A stretch of 36,240 nucleotides of DNA, taken from contig JBBRJI010000001.1 in the NCBI GenBank assembly GCA_038219625.1, positions 1 to 36,240 on the forward strand, read 5' to 3'. A program made the translations under genes and the position numbers. Within the stretch, counting starts at the first letter, position 1; the number at the start of each line of letters is the position of its first letter. The notes under the pieces are model-generated. The model was not told where the DNA came from and did not search any database. It worked only from the letters and a program-made list of their open reading frames with translations. This stretch comes from Pirellulales bacterium (GTDB lineage: Bacteria; Planctomycetota; Planctomycetia; Pirellulales; Pirellulaceae). This document shows positions 18,266 through 27,466 of the stretch, piece after piece.

Positions 18266-20221
18266 TTACTTTCGGTTGGACCTTTGACGTAGTTCCGACT
18301 GTTTCAATCGGGCCTCTTGCAATACGATCAACTGTTTGAGCCTCGCGACGGATTCCTCCAGTTGCTCCGCGGTCCGGTAGGTCTGTTCCAGCGATTGCTC
18401 GATACTGTTGAGCGCTCGCCTGCTTTCCTCCAGATCTGAAGCAACAACCATCTCAGATAACTCCACCGGCTTCTCGGACTTTGATGGACTGGCAACAGAC
18501 ATCGCTACAGACTCCGTGGCGTTCTTATCGGAATCGGACTTGACAACTCGCTTTGGAGCTATGGGGACGATCGTCGCGAATTTGCGAGTTAAATTGCTAA
18601 CGGGCAAGAGGGTTTCCATGGCGGCCGTGCGTTCGCTCTCCGAATTCGTCAAACTATTGAATCGATAGACGCCGCCTGCGGCATCGGTGCCAATAAGTGC
18701 TCCGGGATTTTCAGCCGTCCCGATGTGACAAACCGCGAAAACATCATCCGCTAACTTCGACTGCCATAGAAGCATCGCGTTCTCGGCGGACCACTTTCGA
18801 ATCCAACCATCGCGTCCCCCCGTAACGATGCTTCCTTGTGGGCCGGGGGCAAGCGATTGGACTCCTCCTTCATGTGCAACCCACTGCTTCTCCGTTTCCA
18901 AAGCATGCATATTCCAGATTCGAACAGATCCATCCAAGCTCGCAGAAGTGAGGCGATTTCCATCTTCGGACCAGATGAGTCCGGTGATTCCACCCGTATG
19001 GCCTCGCAAAGTCGCAAACTCCTTCCCGGTCGCAGTCTCCCAAACATGAACGCCGCCGAACCGATCGCCGCTTGCCAAAACAATTCCGTCAGGGCTATAG
19101 GCAACGGACAAAACCCAATCCGTGTGTTTGCGATGTACGTGCAGCTCCTTCTGCGTCGTGCGATCAAATGTCTTTACCAATCGCGACGTCGTTCCGATAG
19201 CAAATTGACTTGCATCCTCAATGCAGTCGATCGACTGTATGTTGTCAGACTCATCACCGACGCTAGGCAACCATTGCTTGGTCATCCAATCCAGCACAAG
19301 CACGGTGCCGGATTCACCAACGATTCCAACTGCGATCAACAGAATTTTTCCATCGGAAGAAAATCGCAAAGCGGAAATATTCTGCTCGCCGATCTCGATC
19401 GCCTGCGATGCGAACTCGGCAGTTTTCGAATTTAAGATGGCGACTTGATGCAATCCCGCAATCGCCACGACTGGTTCGATTGGGTGAGCCGAAAGGGTGC
19501 AAATGGCTGACGCACGCGGAATCGCGCGAAGGGGAGCATAAACAACTGGCGAAAGCAAGTCGGACGGCGACTTGCTATCGGACGGTATCGGCTTGGTCGT
19601 TGCAGGCTTGGTCGTTACAGGCTTGGTCTCGTCCGCCAATCCGCTAACGATCCAACGTTCGATGATGTTCAATTCGCGTTGAGGGATTTGGGGCTTGTTG
19701 GGAGGCATCTTGGGTGTTTCCAAGTGCGCCGTCAACGTATACAGGGGGCTTTCTTCGAGTTTTCCCGCAACCACAACTGGGCCGGAACTGGAGCCAGCCA
19801 GCACTTTATCCAGCGACGACAATACCAGATCCCCTCGAGGTTGATCTTCGTTATGGCAGCGAACGCAGTGCTTCCTCAATATCGGCTGAACGGCATCAAA
19901 TGAGACTTTTTCGGCAACGGAATCGGCACTTGACATCGTTTGCGCCGACAATCGCGGTGCAAAGTTGGAAACGATGGCAAGCCAGAGTACAACACAGAGT
20001 CTCCATGCCCATTCTTTCAACGTCAGAATACGTGGGGTACGAATGCTTGAGACCTGAGTAAGGACCGTTCGATCAATGACTGTCCGATTTTCCCGTAGCG
20101 GAAGTCGCCAAGACTTTCGGAATGAGCGGGCGCCGAAACTCTTGGCGAGTTTCGCTACGACACTAGTGGATCGAGTGATCCTAAGCATCAAAGAACTATT
20201 GATTATCGAAAAGTGTCGCAT
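18266..20221 (-). CDS. Planctomycete cytochrome c (PSCyt1-like) + WD40 repeat protein with C-terminal coiled coil
   Basis: VQPILRKHCVRCH (CxxCH), distal MPP. WD40 repeats HTDWVLSVAYSPDG..W, GHTGGITGL..VRIWN and AHEGGV..IRKWS. ATG overlaps the upstream stop (TGATG). The real start could be downstream. Confidence 0.85.
   Translation of the reverse strand: MRHFSIINSSLMLRITRSTSVVAKLAKSFGARSFRKSWRLPLRENRTVIDRTVLTQVSSIRTPRILTLKEWAWRLCVVLWLAIVSNFAPRLSAQTMSSADSVAEKVSFDAVQPILRKHCVRCHNEDQPRGDLVLSSLDKVLAGSSSGPVVVAGKLEESPLYTLTAHLETPKMPPNKPQIPQRELNIIERWIVSGLADETKPVTTKPATTKPIPSDSKSPSDLLSPVVYAPLRAIPRASAICTLSAHPIEPVVAIAGLHQVAILNSKTAEFASQAIEIGEQNISALRFSSDGKILLIAVGIVGESGTVLVLDWMTKQWLPSVGDESDNIQSIDCIEDASQFAIGTTSRLVKTFDRTTQKELHVHRKHTDWVLSVAYSPDGIVLASGDRFGGVHVWETATGKEFATLRGHTGGITGLIWSEDGNRLTSASLDGSVRIWNMHALETEKQWVAHEGGVQSLAPGPQGSIVTGGRDGWIRKWSAENAMLLWQSKLADDVFAVCHIGTAENPGALIGTDAAGGVYRFNSLTNSESERTAAMETLLPVSNLTRKFATIVPIAPKRVVKSDSDKNATESVAMSVASPSKSEKPVELSEMVVASDLEESRRALNSIEQSLEQTYRTAEQLEESVARLKQLIVLQEARLKQSELRQRSNRK
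20062..20181. mobile_element. Putative MITE (120 bp) with TAA target duplication enclosing a GTAG REP doublet
   Basis: TAA at 20059-20061 and 20182-20184. Ends GGACCGTTCGATC / GGATCACTCGATC match at 10/13. REPs at 20095-20120 and inverted at 20133-20158. Confidence 0.7.
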
Positions 20222-22731
20222 CAGTGATTGAATACAAATTCGTTCGAGTTCAGAATAGCCCAGTAGAGGTCTTCGAGTCCTTCGCGAGGATTCGGGTAGT
20301 CGCTAAGCTTTACATCAATGGATTTGAGCTCCGCGTCGGTTGGCTGTCGCGTCAGACAACGGACGTAGAGTTCTCTTGCAACTTGCTCGGATGAGCTCGC
20401 GGAATCGAGTAATCGGCCAACAAGATTTCCTTCCTTAATCTTGCCGCCGGTCGTCTCACCGTTGAGCAAATGCAGTGCTTGAGATAGTGTCGGGGATGTC
20501 TTGACTTCACAGGTGCAAGGGGTTGAACGATTGGAACGGCCGAAGGTAGTCAGGAAGTAATGTGCGGCCAGTCCATCTGCTACTTGTACGGCTCTCGAAC
20601 CTTTGGGAAGGCCCGGCAATCGGTCAGTCGTTTCGGTGGCTTGACTGATGCAATCGAGTAAGACCTCGGCTCGCATGCGGCGAATCTTTTGATGCGTGAA
20701 CTCTCGCTCGTCCCACTGATTGGATTCATTGCGGCGTGTCGATGTCTGATAAGTGCGAGACAAGCAAATCTCGCGCATGAGCTTCTTGATTTCAAATCCA
20801 TTCTCGACCACTCTTCCTGCGAGGTAAGTGAGCAGTTCGGGATTGGAGGGTGGGTTGCTTACTCGCATATCGTCAACGGGATCTACTATCCCAATCCCGA
20901 AGAAGTGCGCCCAAACGATGTTGGCGACATTCTTTGAAAATGCGGTATTCTCATTGGACGCGATCCACTCGGCGAGGAGCATTCGATAGTCTTTGCCACT
21001 TTCAAGGATCGGCATTTCTGCACCGAGAAACTTAGGCACAACCCGTCGGTTTCCTAATGGATGCAACATCTCACCTTCAGCAGCATTGTAGATCGTTAGC
21101 TCTCGTGGATCTTCTGCTTGTTTGTAGCCGACTTGGCTGAAGAACGATGCGAACCCGTAATAGTCATCCATCGTCCAACGATCGAACGGGTGGTTGTGAC
21201 ATTGGGCGCATTGGATCCTAGTCCCCAAGAAAACTTGTGCGATATTTTCGGCAAGCAATTGAGGAGTGGTTTCCGTTTGGTAATAGTTTGTTGCAGGATT
21301 TTCAAGTGATCCACCGCTGGCTGGTAGTACCTTTTGAACGATTTTGTCGATCGTCATGCCGGAGTGAACCGCTTCGCGCAGCCATCGATCGTAAAGACGC
21401 AGTGCCTTTTGACTGACTCCGTTGTTGGTTCGTATCTGCAATAATTCAGCCCATTTCATAACCCATATGTCCAGGACCTCAGGGCGATCCAAGAGTCGAT
21501 CGACGAGTTGCTCTCGTTTTTCCGCCGATGCGTCTTGCGTGAACTCGTGGTATTCCTCAGGAGTTGGCAAGAGCCCTACCAAATCGATCGTGACCCGTCG
21601 CAAGAATGTTTCGTCCTCAGCAAGTTCGGAAGGGGCCAGATGCATGAATTTCAAACGACTGTCAACCAGCGTATCGATTTCGCCATGCACGGGTCGTTGC
21701 GGAAATTCAAACGCTAGATCGGGCCGAACCATAATCGACGCTCCTTGTGTGAACTGGTCGAATCGAGCGAGAATAAATGCGGCACCAGGACCACGCGCAT
21801 CGACTAAGCCAGCTTCGGACACTGATGCGGCTGAATCGTTGTTGCTAAGAAACACCGCAAGCGATGTCACGTCGCGCTCCGTGCCGTCGCTATAACGAGC
21901 CATCACGACGAGCTTCTGTTGTCCCTCGGGTTTAGAAAACACCGACTTTCTGGGGTACACATCAATTCCGACCGGAACAATGGCTCCTAAACCATCTGGC
22001 TTGGCACCTTCATGCAACCATTGCACCAAAGACTCATATGCTCGGGTTCCCTCTTCGATACGACCTCCACCGGTATGTGGAACGGTACCGGTCGCCTTGA
22101 GCACTACCAAACTGTTCTTGGGATCCGCCAACTGAACCCTTCGGCCTGGTAATTCTCGCGTCAGCCGAAATTGGTCTCCTGAGGGATCGTAGCCGAAAAG
22201 GCTGAGTCGAAAACCATCTTTGCCGGATGCGGAACCGTGGCATTTGCCGGTGTTGCAACCGGCACGCGTCAAGGCTGGCAGTACTTCGTTTCGGAACCCG
22301 ACTGGCGGTTGATCGTTTGCGCCTATCACATGAATATCCGCCTTGCAATCGATGCCTAAATAAGAAACCGTTGCACTAGCCGTTCCATTGTTTTTGGGCA
22401 AGAAAGATTCGTGGACGTATTCAACGGCAGAATTCGAACTGTCCTTTGAAACAATTTTCACGGTGGCAAGGCCGGTGACATCTTGCGTACTACCGTCAGA
22501 ATAAGTCGCGGTGACAACCACAGCCTGCTGATCGCGAGCAGACCGCAATTCGATTGTGGACGGCTCGACCCGAATTGATACAAGCGAGGGAAGCCCCGTT
22601 TCCGGTTTGGGTTCCGACGCTGATACGTTGATGCCGAGCAGTAAAACTACGAACGGGCAGAGCAAGTGAGCTAGCTGTTGTGGCATAGGCTTCCAGCCTG
22701 TGGACTCAAATAAAAGTTGTAGTAAGTTCAT
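20221..22731 (-). CDS. DUF1549/DUF1553 (PSD1-type) protein with Ig-like (Big_2) domains
   Basis: GCNTGKCHG..FRLSLFG, FLRRVTIDLVGLLPT, FLGTRIQCAQCHNHPFDRWT, GIVDPVDD..PSNPELL, LSRTYQ, QALHLLNG and C-terminal EFVFNH. Confidence 0.9.
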   Translation of the reverse strand: MNLLQLLFESTGWKPMPQQLAHLLCPFVVLLLGINVSASEPKPETGLPSLVSIRVEPSTIELRSARDQQAVVVTATYSDGSTQDVTGLATVKIVSKDSSNSAVEYVHESFLPKNNGTASATVSYLGIDCKADIHVIGANDQPPVGFRNEVLPALTRAGCNTGKCHGSASGKDGFRLSLFGYDPSGDQFRLTRELPGRRVQLADPKNSLVVLKATGTVPHTGGGRIEEGTRAYESLVQWLHEGAKPDGLGAIVPVGIDVYPRKSVFSKPEGQQKLVVMARYSDGTERDVTSLAVFLSNNDSAASVSEAGLVDARGPGAAFILARFDQFTQGASIMVRPDLAFEFPQRPVHGEIDTLVDSRLKFMHLAPSELAEDETFLRRVTIDLVGLLPTPEEYHEFTQDASAEKREQLVDRLLDRPEVLDIWVMKWAELLQIRTNNGVSQKALRLYDRWLREAVHSGMTIDKIVQKVLPASGGSLENPATNYYQTETTPQLLAENIAQVFLGTRIQCAQCHNHPFDRWTMDDYYGFASFFSQVGYKQAEDPRELTIYNAAEGEMLHPLGNRRVVPKFLGAEMPILESGKDYRMLLAEWIASNENTAFSKNVANIVWAHFFGIGIVDPVDDMRVSNPPSNPELLTYLAGRVVENGFEIKKLMREICLSRTYQTSTRRNESNQWDEREFTHQKIRRMRAEVLLDCISQATETTDRLPGLPKGSRAVQVADGLAAHYFLTTFGRSNRSTPCTCEVKTSPTLSQALHLLNGETTGGKIKEGNLVGRLLDSASSSEQVARELYVRCLTRQPTDAELKSIDVKLSDYPNPREGLEDLYWAILNSNEFVFNH
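22680..22702 (+). repeat. GTGG-type REP-like palindrome within the 5' end of the DUF1549/1553 ORF
   Basis: GTGG-CATAGGCT-TCC-AGCCTGTG. Read on the minus strand it encodes TGWKPMP. Confidence 0.65.
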
Positions 22732-25172
22732 CACAATCCTTGCTTGTTTTTGTGGAGACGCAGTGCTTCAAGCCGGCTTAGTGGACGACCTGATTCGTCC
22801 TTTTGCGAAGCACCAGGTGCAGCGATAATCAATTTTGTATTGCGAGCAATGCTATACGATACGTTTTGATTTTCCAAAACACCGCTTAGTCGGCCAACGA
22901 CAGAATCGAATGTACCAATCGGAGCGTCATCGCCGATTGTCAATTGGAACTTAACGGTCTTGTCAGTGCGCACTACTTGAACTGCGTCGACATGCACACG
23001 ATTGGGTAATTCTTCCAACGTGGCAACTAACTTTTCAGGTACGAATTCCTTCAATTCAAGTCGACATGCGATTTCAACTCTGGAGCCTCGCTCGACAGAA
23101 ATAGTATCGATGTCCCCTTTGACAGGTGAATCGCAAACAGCAAGCGAGTGTAGCGAAGTGCAAACATTGGTCATCGAAACGGCAGACCGTCTGCGTGGAC
23201 GCAACCCCAGTCCAATCGCGGTACTGCCTGTTTCTGAAGAACTCTCGGCAAGCCCTGCTGCTCCCTCCGCAACAAGCGGCCAAACTCCCGCCTTCGCGGC
23301 GCGGTTTGCGCGGAGAGTTATCGTACCCGAATCCTTATCGGCTGGTATTCGAGTCTTGGCTTGGCACTCCACCCAATCAGGCAACAACGGAAAAGTTATA
23401 TCGAGTGGCGCATCGAAGCCCGCATCTCGTTGAACTTGAATGATGATCTCCAACGTGCCATCCACGGACAGAGGCGAAGTGGGTTTCATGATCTCGATGG
23501 TGTAAGGAACTGGATCGACCGTGGCAACCGCCATCCGATTCAAGCTGGTCATTTGGAAAATGGAATCCGCTGGTCCGTTCACCAAGTCAACGATCTGCTC
23601 AAAACCGCCGGCCGCCTTGGTTGCGCCTGATTGCAAGGTTGCGTTTACTGAGACCAAGGAACCGGATGTCGACGTCGACATATCGGCAGTGAATACAGCA
23701 GGAACCACAAATGCCGAGTTCGCGATGCAAGGACAATTAATGGAAACGCCTTCTGGAAGTCCTTCAAATGCCATCCCGACGTCCCCCTCCAATCGATCTC
23801 GGCGAACGCCCATCAACGCGAGAGCCCGATTGCCCATTGGGATCGCAATCGTTTGTCCGGCTTGCGAGAGTTTGTTGCGTCTGGGCAAGAACGCAGAGAT
23901 CGATGATTGCAAAGGCGATACTTCGACGCAATAACTATAATTCATACCCGAGTTCTTTCTTTTGTCTCGAATAGTAACAGCATAAGTTTCATTCGCTTTT
24001 GTTTCAAAAACCAGTCTGGTGTCATGACTATCGAAGTCATCACCGCTCGACACCGTTCTGCCACTTTGGTCTCGAACTTCGACGACCGCATCTAAGAGCG
24101 AGCCCAATCGAGACGCGAATACCTCGAGACATACGGTTCCGGACTGTTGAGCCGCGAAGCGAAATGTGTTAACCTCGCCCGGTTTGCGGATCACTCCATG
24201 CACCGCAACCGGAGGCATCAAGATGCGGTCTCCAGTACCAACTTGGTCCGCCTCGTAGCGAACTTGATCGAATGTGCTGACTCGAAAGGGGATCGGCGAG
24301 GGACAAATCAGCCCATTTTCTATGAGTTCGATATGTCGAGTACCGATGAGCCCAGAATCGAATTGAATTCGTTTTTGGGTGGAATCTGCTTCGTCCAACT
24401 CGGACGAAGTAAACGAAAGTTCGGTCTCGCATCCAGCTCGGACACCTAAAGGAAAGACACTATATGGCCTCGGGAAATTGCCGATGTGCAGCGCATATTG
24501 GCTATCCGCGTCGGCGTTCGCGCCCGCTGTTGTGATCTCGATTGTATAGATTCCGTCCACGGGTGCTAAAGTGGACAAGGCAGGATCTTGATTCAGCATC
24601 GGCGTATCGTCGACTCGCTTGAGAACGAGTCCAGAGGGATCGCGAAGCGTTATCGCTGTATCTAGCAACGAAACTCCAAGTCGTACGCCGACGGCCTCTG
24701 CGGAGATGCGTTCGCCCGCTTTCGCTTCAACTTGAAACGAGTCGACATCATCGGATTCGAGTGTACCCAAGACTGTGCAGTTGCCCTGAACGAGTAGCTT
24801 ATCCGTTTCCTTGTCCTCTTGGATCGTTGGAAACGGACTGATCGTGATGGTACGCAACTCTGAAAAACCATTGTCTCCAAGCAACCGAAATGCATGCGGT
24901 CCAAGGCTGCACTGCGAGTCGGCTACCATGTGAAGCATGGCTTGCTCATCGCTGGTAGTTTCGATCCGCTCGCAACGAACACCGGGATCGTAAAACACGA
25001 CTTGTCGAATACTCTTGAGCGCCGCACCTTTGGCAACGACCTTAAATTCACATCCACGCGTTCCCACCGATGGAGTGACCAGCTCGAGGGATGGATTGCC
25101 GCTGATCGCATGACTGCAGACGCAACAAGAGATGGTGCAAAACCAAAACAGAATTCGAAGATTATTTTTCAT
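22731..25172 (-). CDS. Secreted pre-peptidase C-terminal (PPC)-like repeat protein of planctomycete DUF1501/DUF1549 clusters
   Basis: Signal-like MKNNLRILFWF. PPC-type repeats DDVDSFQVEAKAGERISAE..RLG..LDTAITL and FASRLGSLLDAVVEV. No catalytic triad seen. Confidence 0.75.
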   Translation of the reverse strand: MKNNLRILFWFCTISCCVCSHAISGNPSLELVTPSVGTRGCEFKVVAKGAALKSIRQVVFYDPGVRCERIETTSDEQAMLHMVADSQCSLGPHAFRLLGDNGFSELRTITISPFPTIQEDKETDKLLVQGNCTVLGTLESDDVDSFQVEAKAGERISAEAVGVRLGVSLLDTAITLRDPSGLVLKRVDDTPMLNQDPALSTLAPVDGIYTIEITTAGANADADSQYALHIGNFPRPYSVFPLGVRAGCETELSFTSSELDEADSTQKRIQFDSGLIGTRHIELIENGLICPSPIPFRVSTFDQVRYEADQVGTGDRILMPPVAVHGVIRKPGEVNTFRFAAQQSGTVCLEVFASRLGSLLDAVVEVRDQSGRTVSSGDDFDSHDTRLVFETKANETYAVTIRDKRKNSGMNYSYCVEVSPLQSSISAFLPRRNKLSQAGQTIAIPMGNRALALMGVRRDRLEGDVGMAFEGLPEGVSINCPCIANSAFVVPAVFTADMSTSTSGSLVSVNATLQSGATKAAGGFEQIVDLVNGPADSIFQMTSLNRMAVATVDPVPYTIEIMKPTSPLSVDGTLEIIIQVQRDAGFDAPLDITFPLLPDWVECQAKTRIPADKDSGTITLRANRAAKAGVWPLVAEGAAGLAESSSETGSTAIGLGLRPRRRSAVSMTNVCTSLHSLAVCDSPVKGDIDTISVERGSRVEIACRLELKEFVPEKLVATLEELPNRVHVDAVQVVRTDKTVKFQLTIGDDAPIGTFDSVVGRLSGVLENQNVSYSIARNTKLIIAAPGASQKDESGRPLSRLEALRLHKNKQGL

Positions 25173-25221
25173 AAAACGATGGTGCCCAAAAGGTACGATA
25201 TCGCAGATCGCGTTTAGGAGT

Positions 25222-26583
25222 TCACGCCAATAAACCTTGAGCAACTTTGCCGTTGGTAACAATCGGTTGTGGCCGATCGCCAGGCGACATCAAGGATTTC
25301 GCTGCGTCGATTCCAAGCAAGTGATAGACGGTCGTTATGTAATCTTCGACACCTAGCGGTTGGTCAGCGGGTTCGGCAGCGAGTGCATCCGAAGCACCGT
25401 AAATTTGTCCACGCTTCACCCCACCACCAGCCATTACAATGCTAAAAACGCGGGGCCAATGGTCTCGTCCTCCTCCAGCATTCACCTTAGGTGTGCGACC
25501 AAACTCACTGGTCACTAGGACGAGCGTTGAGTCGAGCATGCCGCGTTGATCGAGGTCTTGAATCAACCCTGCAAAAGCTCGGTCCAGATCGGGCATTTGG
25601 GTTTCGATACCGCGATAATGGAATGCATGCGTGTCCCAGGCCCCATACGTTACGGTGACAAAGCGTGCACCCGCTTCTACCAAGCGTCTCGCAATCAGGA
25701 ACCGCGCACCAGCGGAGGGTCGCAGGACAGGCCCCCATGGCTTCATGCCATAGAGTTCTCGCGTAGCATCCGATTCGCTCTTGAGGCTAAACGCGTCTCT
25801 CGCTTGTGGTGAAGCGAGCAGGTCATAAGCTCGCTGGTAAAATGAGTCCATGGTAGCCAGTGAGTCATCTCGTTCTAAGCTTGCAAAATGTCCGTCAACC
25901 ATTTCCTTCCATGCTTTGCGTTTCTCGAATCGCTTGTCATCGATACCGCTCGGCAAATTCAGGTCTCGAACGGAGAAATTAGATCGAGCCGGATCCGCCC
26001 CGAGTGCGAACGGACCGCATGCGTTGCTCAAGTACCCGCTGCCCAAGAATTGGCTCCCCTGATTGGGAACGCAAACGTATGACGGCATGGCATCTCGAGG
26101 ACCAAGCTCATGAGCGACGACGGAGCCTACACTTGGATAGACCAATGCTGGACTCGGACGGTATCCAGTAAACATGCTGTGTTCGCCACGGCTATGATCT
26201 ACCTCAGTATGAGTCATGCTTCTAACCACCGTCAACTTGTCAGCTACTTTGGCCGTTTGTTGCATGTGGGAGCTAAAGTAAACACCCGGCAACGCTGTAG
26301 CGATTGGATCAAGAATTCCGCGATACTCGGACGGTGCATCCGGCTTGGGGTCGAAGCTGTCCATGTGCGCAAATCCACCTTGAAGGTAGATGTGAATCAC
26401 TGACTTTGCTTTCGCTTCAAGTTTGCGTGCTTCGGACGCTGCTGCCTGCGATTCGAGCCGTAGTAGATTGCCTAGCGTGAGTCCTGCGCCACCGAGCCAG
26501 CCAACGTACATGAAGTCACGTCGCGTTGGTCGCGAGAAGTGGGCTGGGTCACTTTTCCATTGCGAGTTTTGAAACAGGCTCAT
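25222..26583 (-). CDS. DUF1501 family protein (Tat-exported)
   Basis: Twin-arginine TRRDFM. AKSVIHIYLQGG..DSFDPKP, ARRLVEAGARFV, WDTH, SEFGRTPKVN..GRDHWP and GQIYGASD. Confidence 0.92.
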   Translation of the reverse strand: MSLFQNSQWKSDPAHFSRPTRRDFMYVGWLGGAGLTLGNLLRLESQAAASEARKLEAKAKSVIHIYLQGGFAHMDSFDPKPDAPSEYRGILDPIATALPGVYFSSHMQQTAKVADKLTVVRSMTHTEVDHSRGEHSMFTGYRPSPALVYPSVGSVVAHELGPRDAMPSYVCVPNQGSQFLGSGYLSNACGPFALGADPARSNFSVRDLNLPSGIDDKRFEKRKAWKEMVDGHFASLERDDSLATMDSFYQRAYDLLASPQARDAFSLKSESDATRELYGMKPWGPVLRPSAGARFLIARRLVEAGARFVTVTYGAWDTHAFHYRGIETQMPDLDRAFAGLIQDLDQRGMLDSTLVLVTSEFGRTPKVNAGGGRDHWPRVFSIVMAGGGVKRGQIYGASDALAAEPADQPLGVEDYITTVYHLLGIDAAKSLMSPGDRPQPIVTNGKVAQGLLA

Positions 26584-26602
26584 CCGTGTCTTTTTCCTTA
26601 TT

Positions 26603-27310
26603 CTATTGGGCATTCGCGGGTGAAGTAGAAATGGACTCGTACTCAACAACAAGTTTTGGGCGTTGCTTGACGTCATCAAACTCAGATGCATAAAAATCCC
26701 AGCCGTTGCCGGCTGTGTTGATGAAAACCCACCCGTGGTTGGCTTGGCCGCTCGACCAAGCTTGAACCGTGTCTGTCACATCGAAGACGATCGTGGAGGA
26801 GTTTGCCGCGATCTTGCCAAACGTAAAACTGTCCTTGTGCCTAGAGGCTTCAAAGCCATCGGCGGATACTCCATCGACCATGGAATTCCAAGTTGCAGAC
26901 CGAGAGAATGGAACCAACATTCGATGGAGATTGACCGTCGATCCTTGATCGAATGCACTGACAAACATTCGAGCAAAAATGACCCTGGCTCCTCTCGGAA
27001 CTTTATTGGGGCCATCACCAATTATGCCATCGAATCGAATCAGAACCTGACTTTCCCCACCATCGTTATCTGCATCGGACGAAGCGTTCGGGTTGCTTTC
27101 CAGAAACGTTGTAGGGGCGAGAGCCCAGATTTCGGTGTCGATAGCGCCAACGTATTGATCGACACCGTTTTGGAATGTCAATTTAGTTGTTTGTGATGGC
27201 AACAAAACGACTGGTGGATCGATAGCGTCAGACACGCACGTCAAGACGCCAATGCATGGACACACGACGAGCCAAACCCAAATACTTTTTACTCTTTTTG
27301 GAATATGCAT
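26603..27310 (-). CDS. Secreted DNRLRE/CBM96-like domain protein
   Basis: Signal peptide. TFQNGVDQYVGAIDTEI, LIRFD, ATWNS, FDVTDTVQAW..NHGW and SE...RPKLVVEY are typical of DNRLRE-type domains. Confidence 0.7.
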   Translation of the reverse strand: MHIPKRVKSIWVWLVVCPCIGVLTCVSDAIDPPVVLLPSQTTKLTFQNGVDQYVGAIDTEIWALAPTTFLESNPNASSDADNDGGESQVLIRFDGIIGDGPNKVPRGARVIFARMFVSAFDQGSTVNLHRMLVPFSRSATWNSMVDGVSADGFEASRHKDSFTFGKIAANSSTIVFDVTDTVQAWSSGQANHGWVFINTAGNGWDFYASEFDDVKQRPKLVVEYESISTSPANAQ

Positions 27311-27322
27311 CGATCGTTCCGT

Positions 27323-27366
27323 TGATTGTCCACCAGAAACACTGTGATTGTCCACCAGAAATACTG
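27323..27366. repeat. 22-bp tandem duplication
   Basis: TGATTGTCCACCAGAAACACTG followed by TGATTGTCCACCAGAAATACTG (1 mismatch), 12 nt upstream of the ATG at 27310. Confidence 0.9.
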
Positions 27367-27466
27367 TGTCCCGAAAGTTAGCGATTACACCTTAACGTTT
27401 CGCGAAGCAGCGATGAATAAACCAAGAATCCATCTTTCGTTATTCCACCGCTGCGCGGGTTTAACA

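Noticed and set aside
19590-19628. 15-bp tandem repeat encoding TKPVT-TKPAT-TKP
   Set aside because: Ordinary low-complexity linker between the cytochrome and WD40 domains.
27323-27366. CRISPR array
   Set aside because: Only two adjacent units without spacers, and no cas genes. No repeat-spacer array was seen anywhere in the window.
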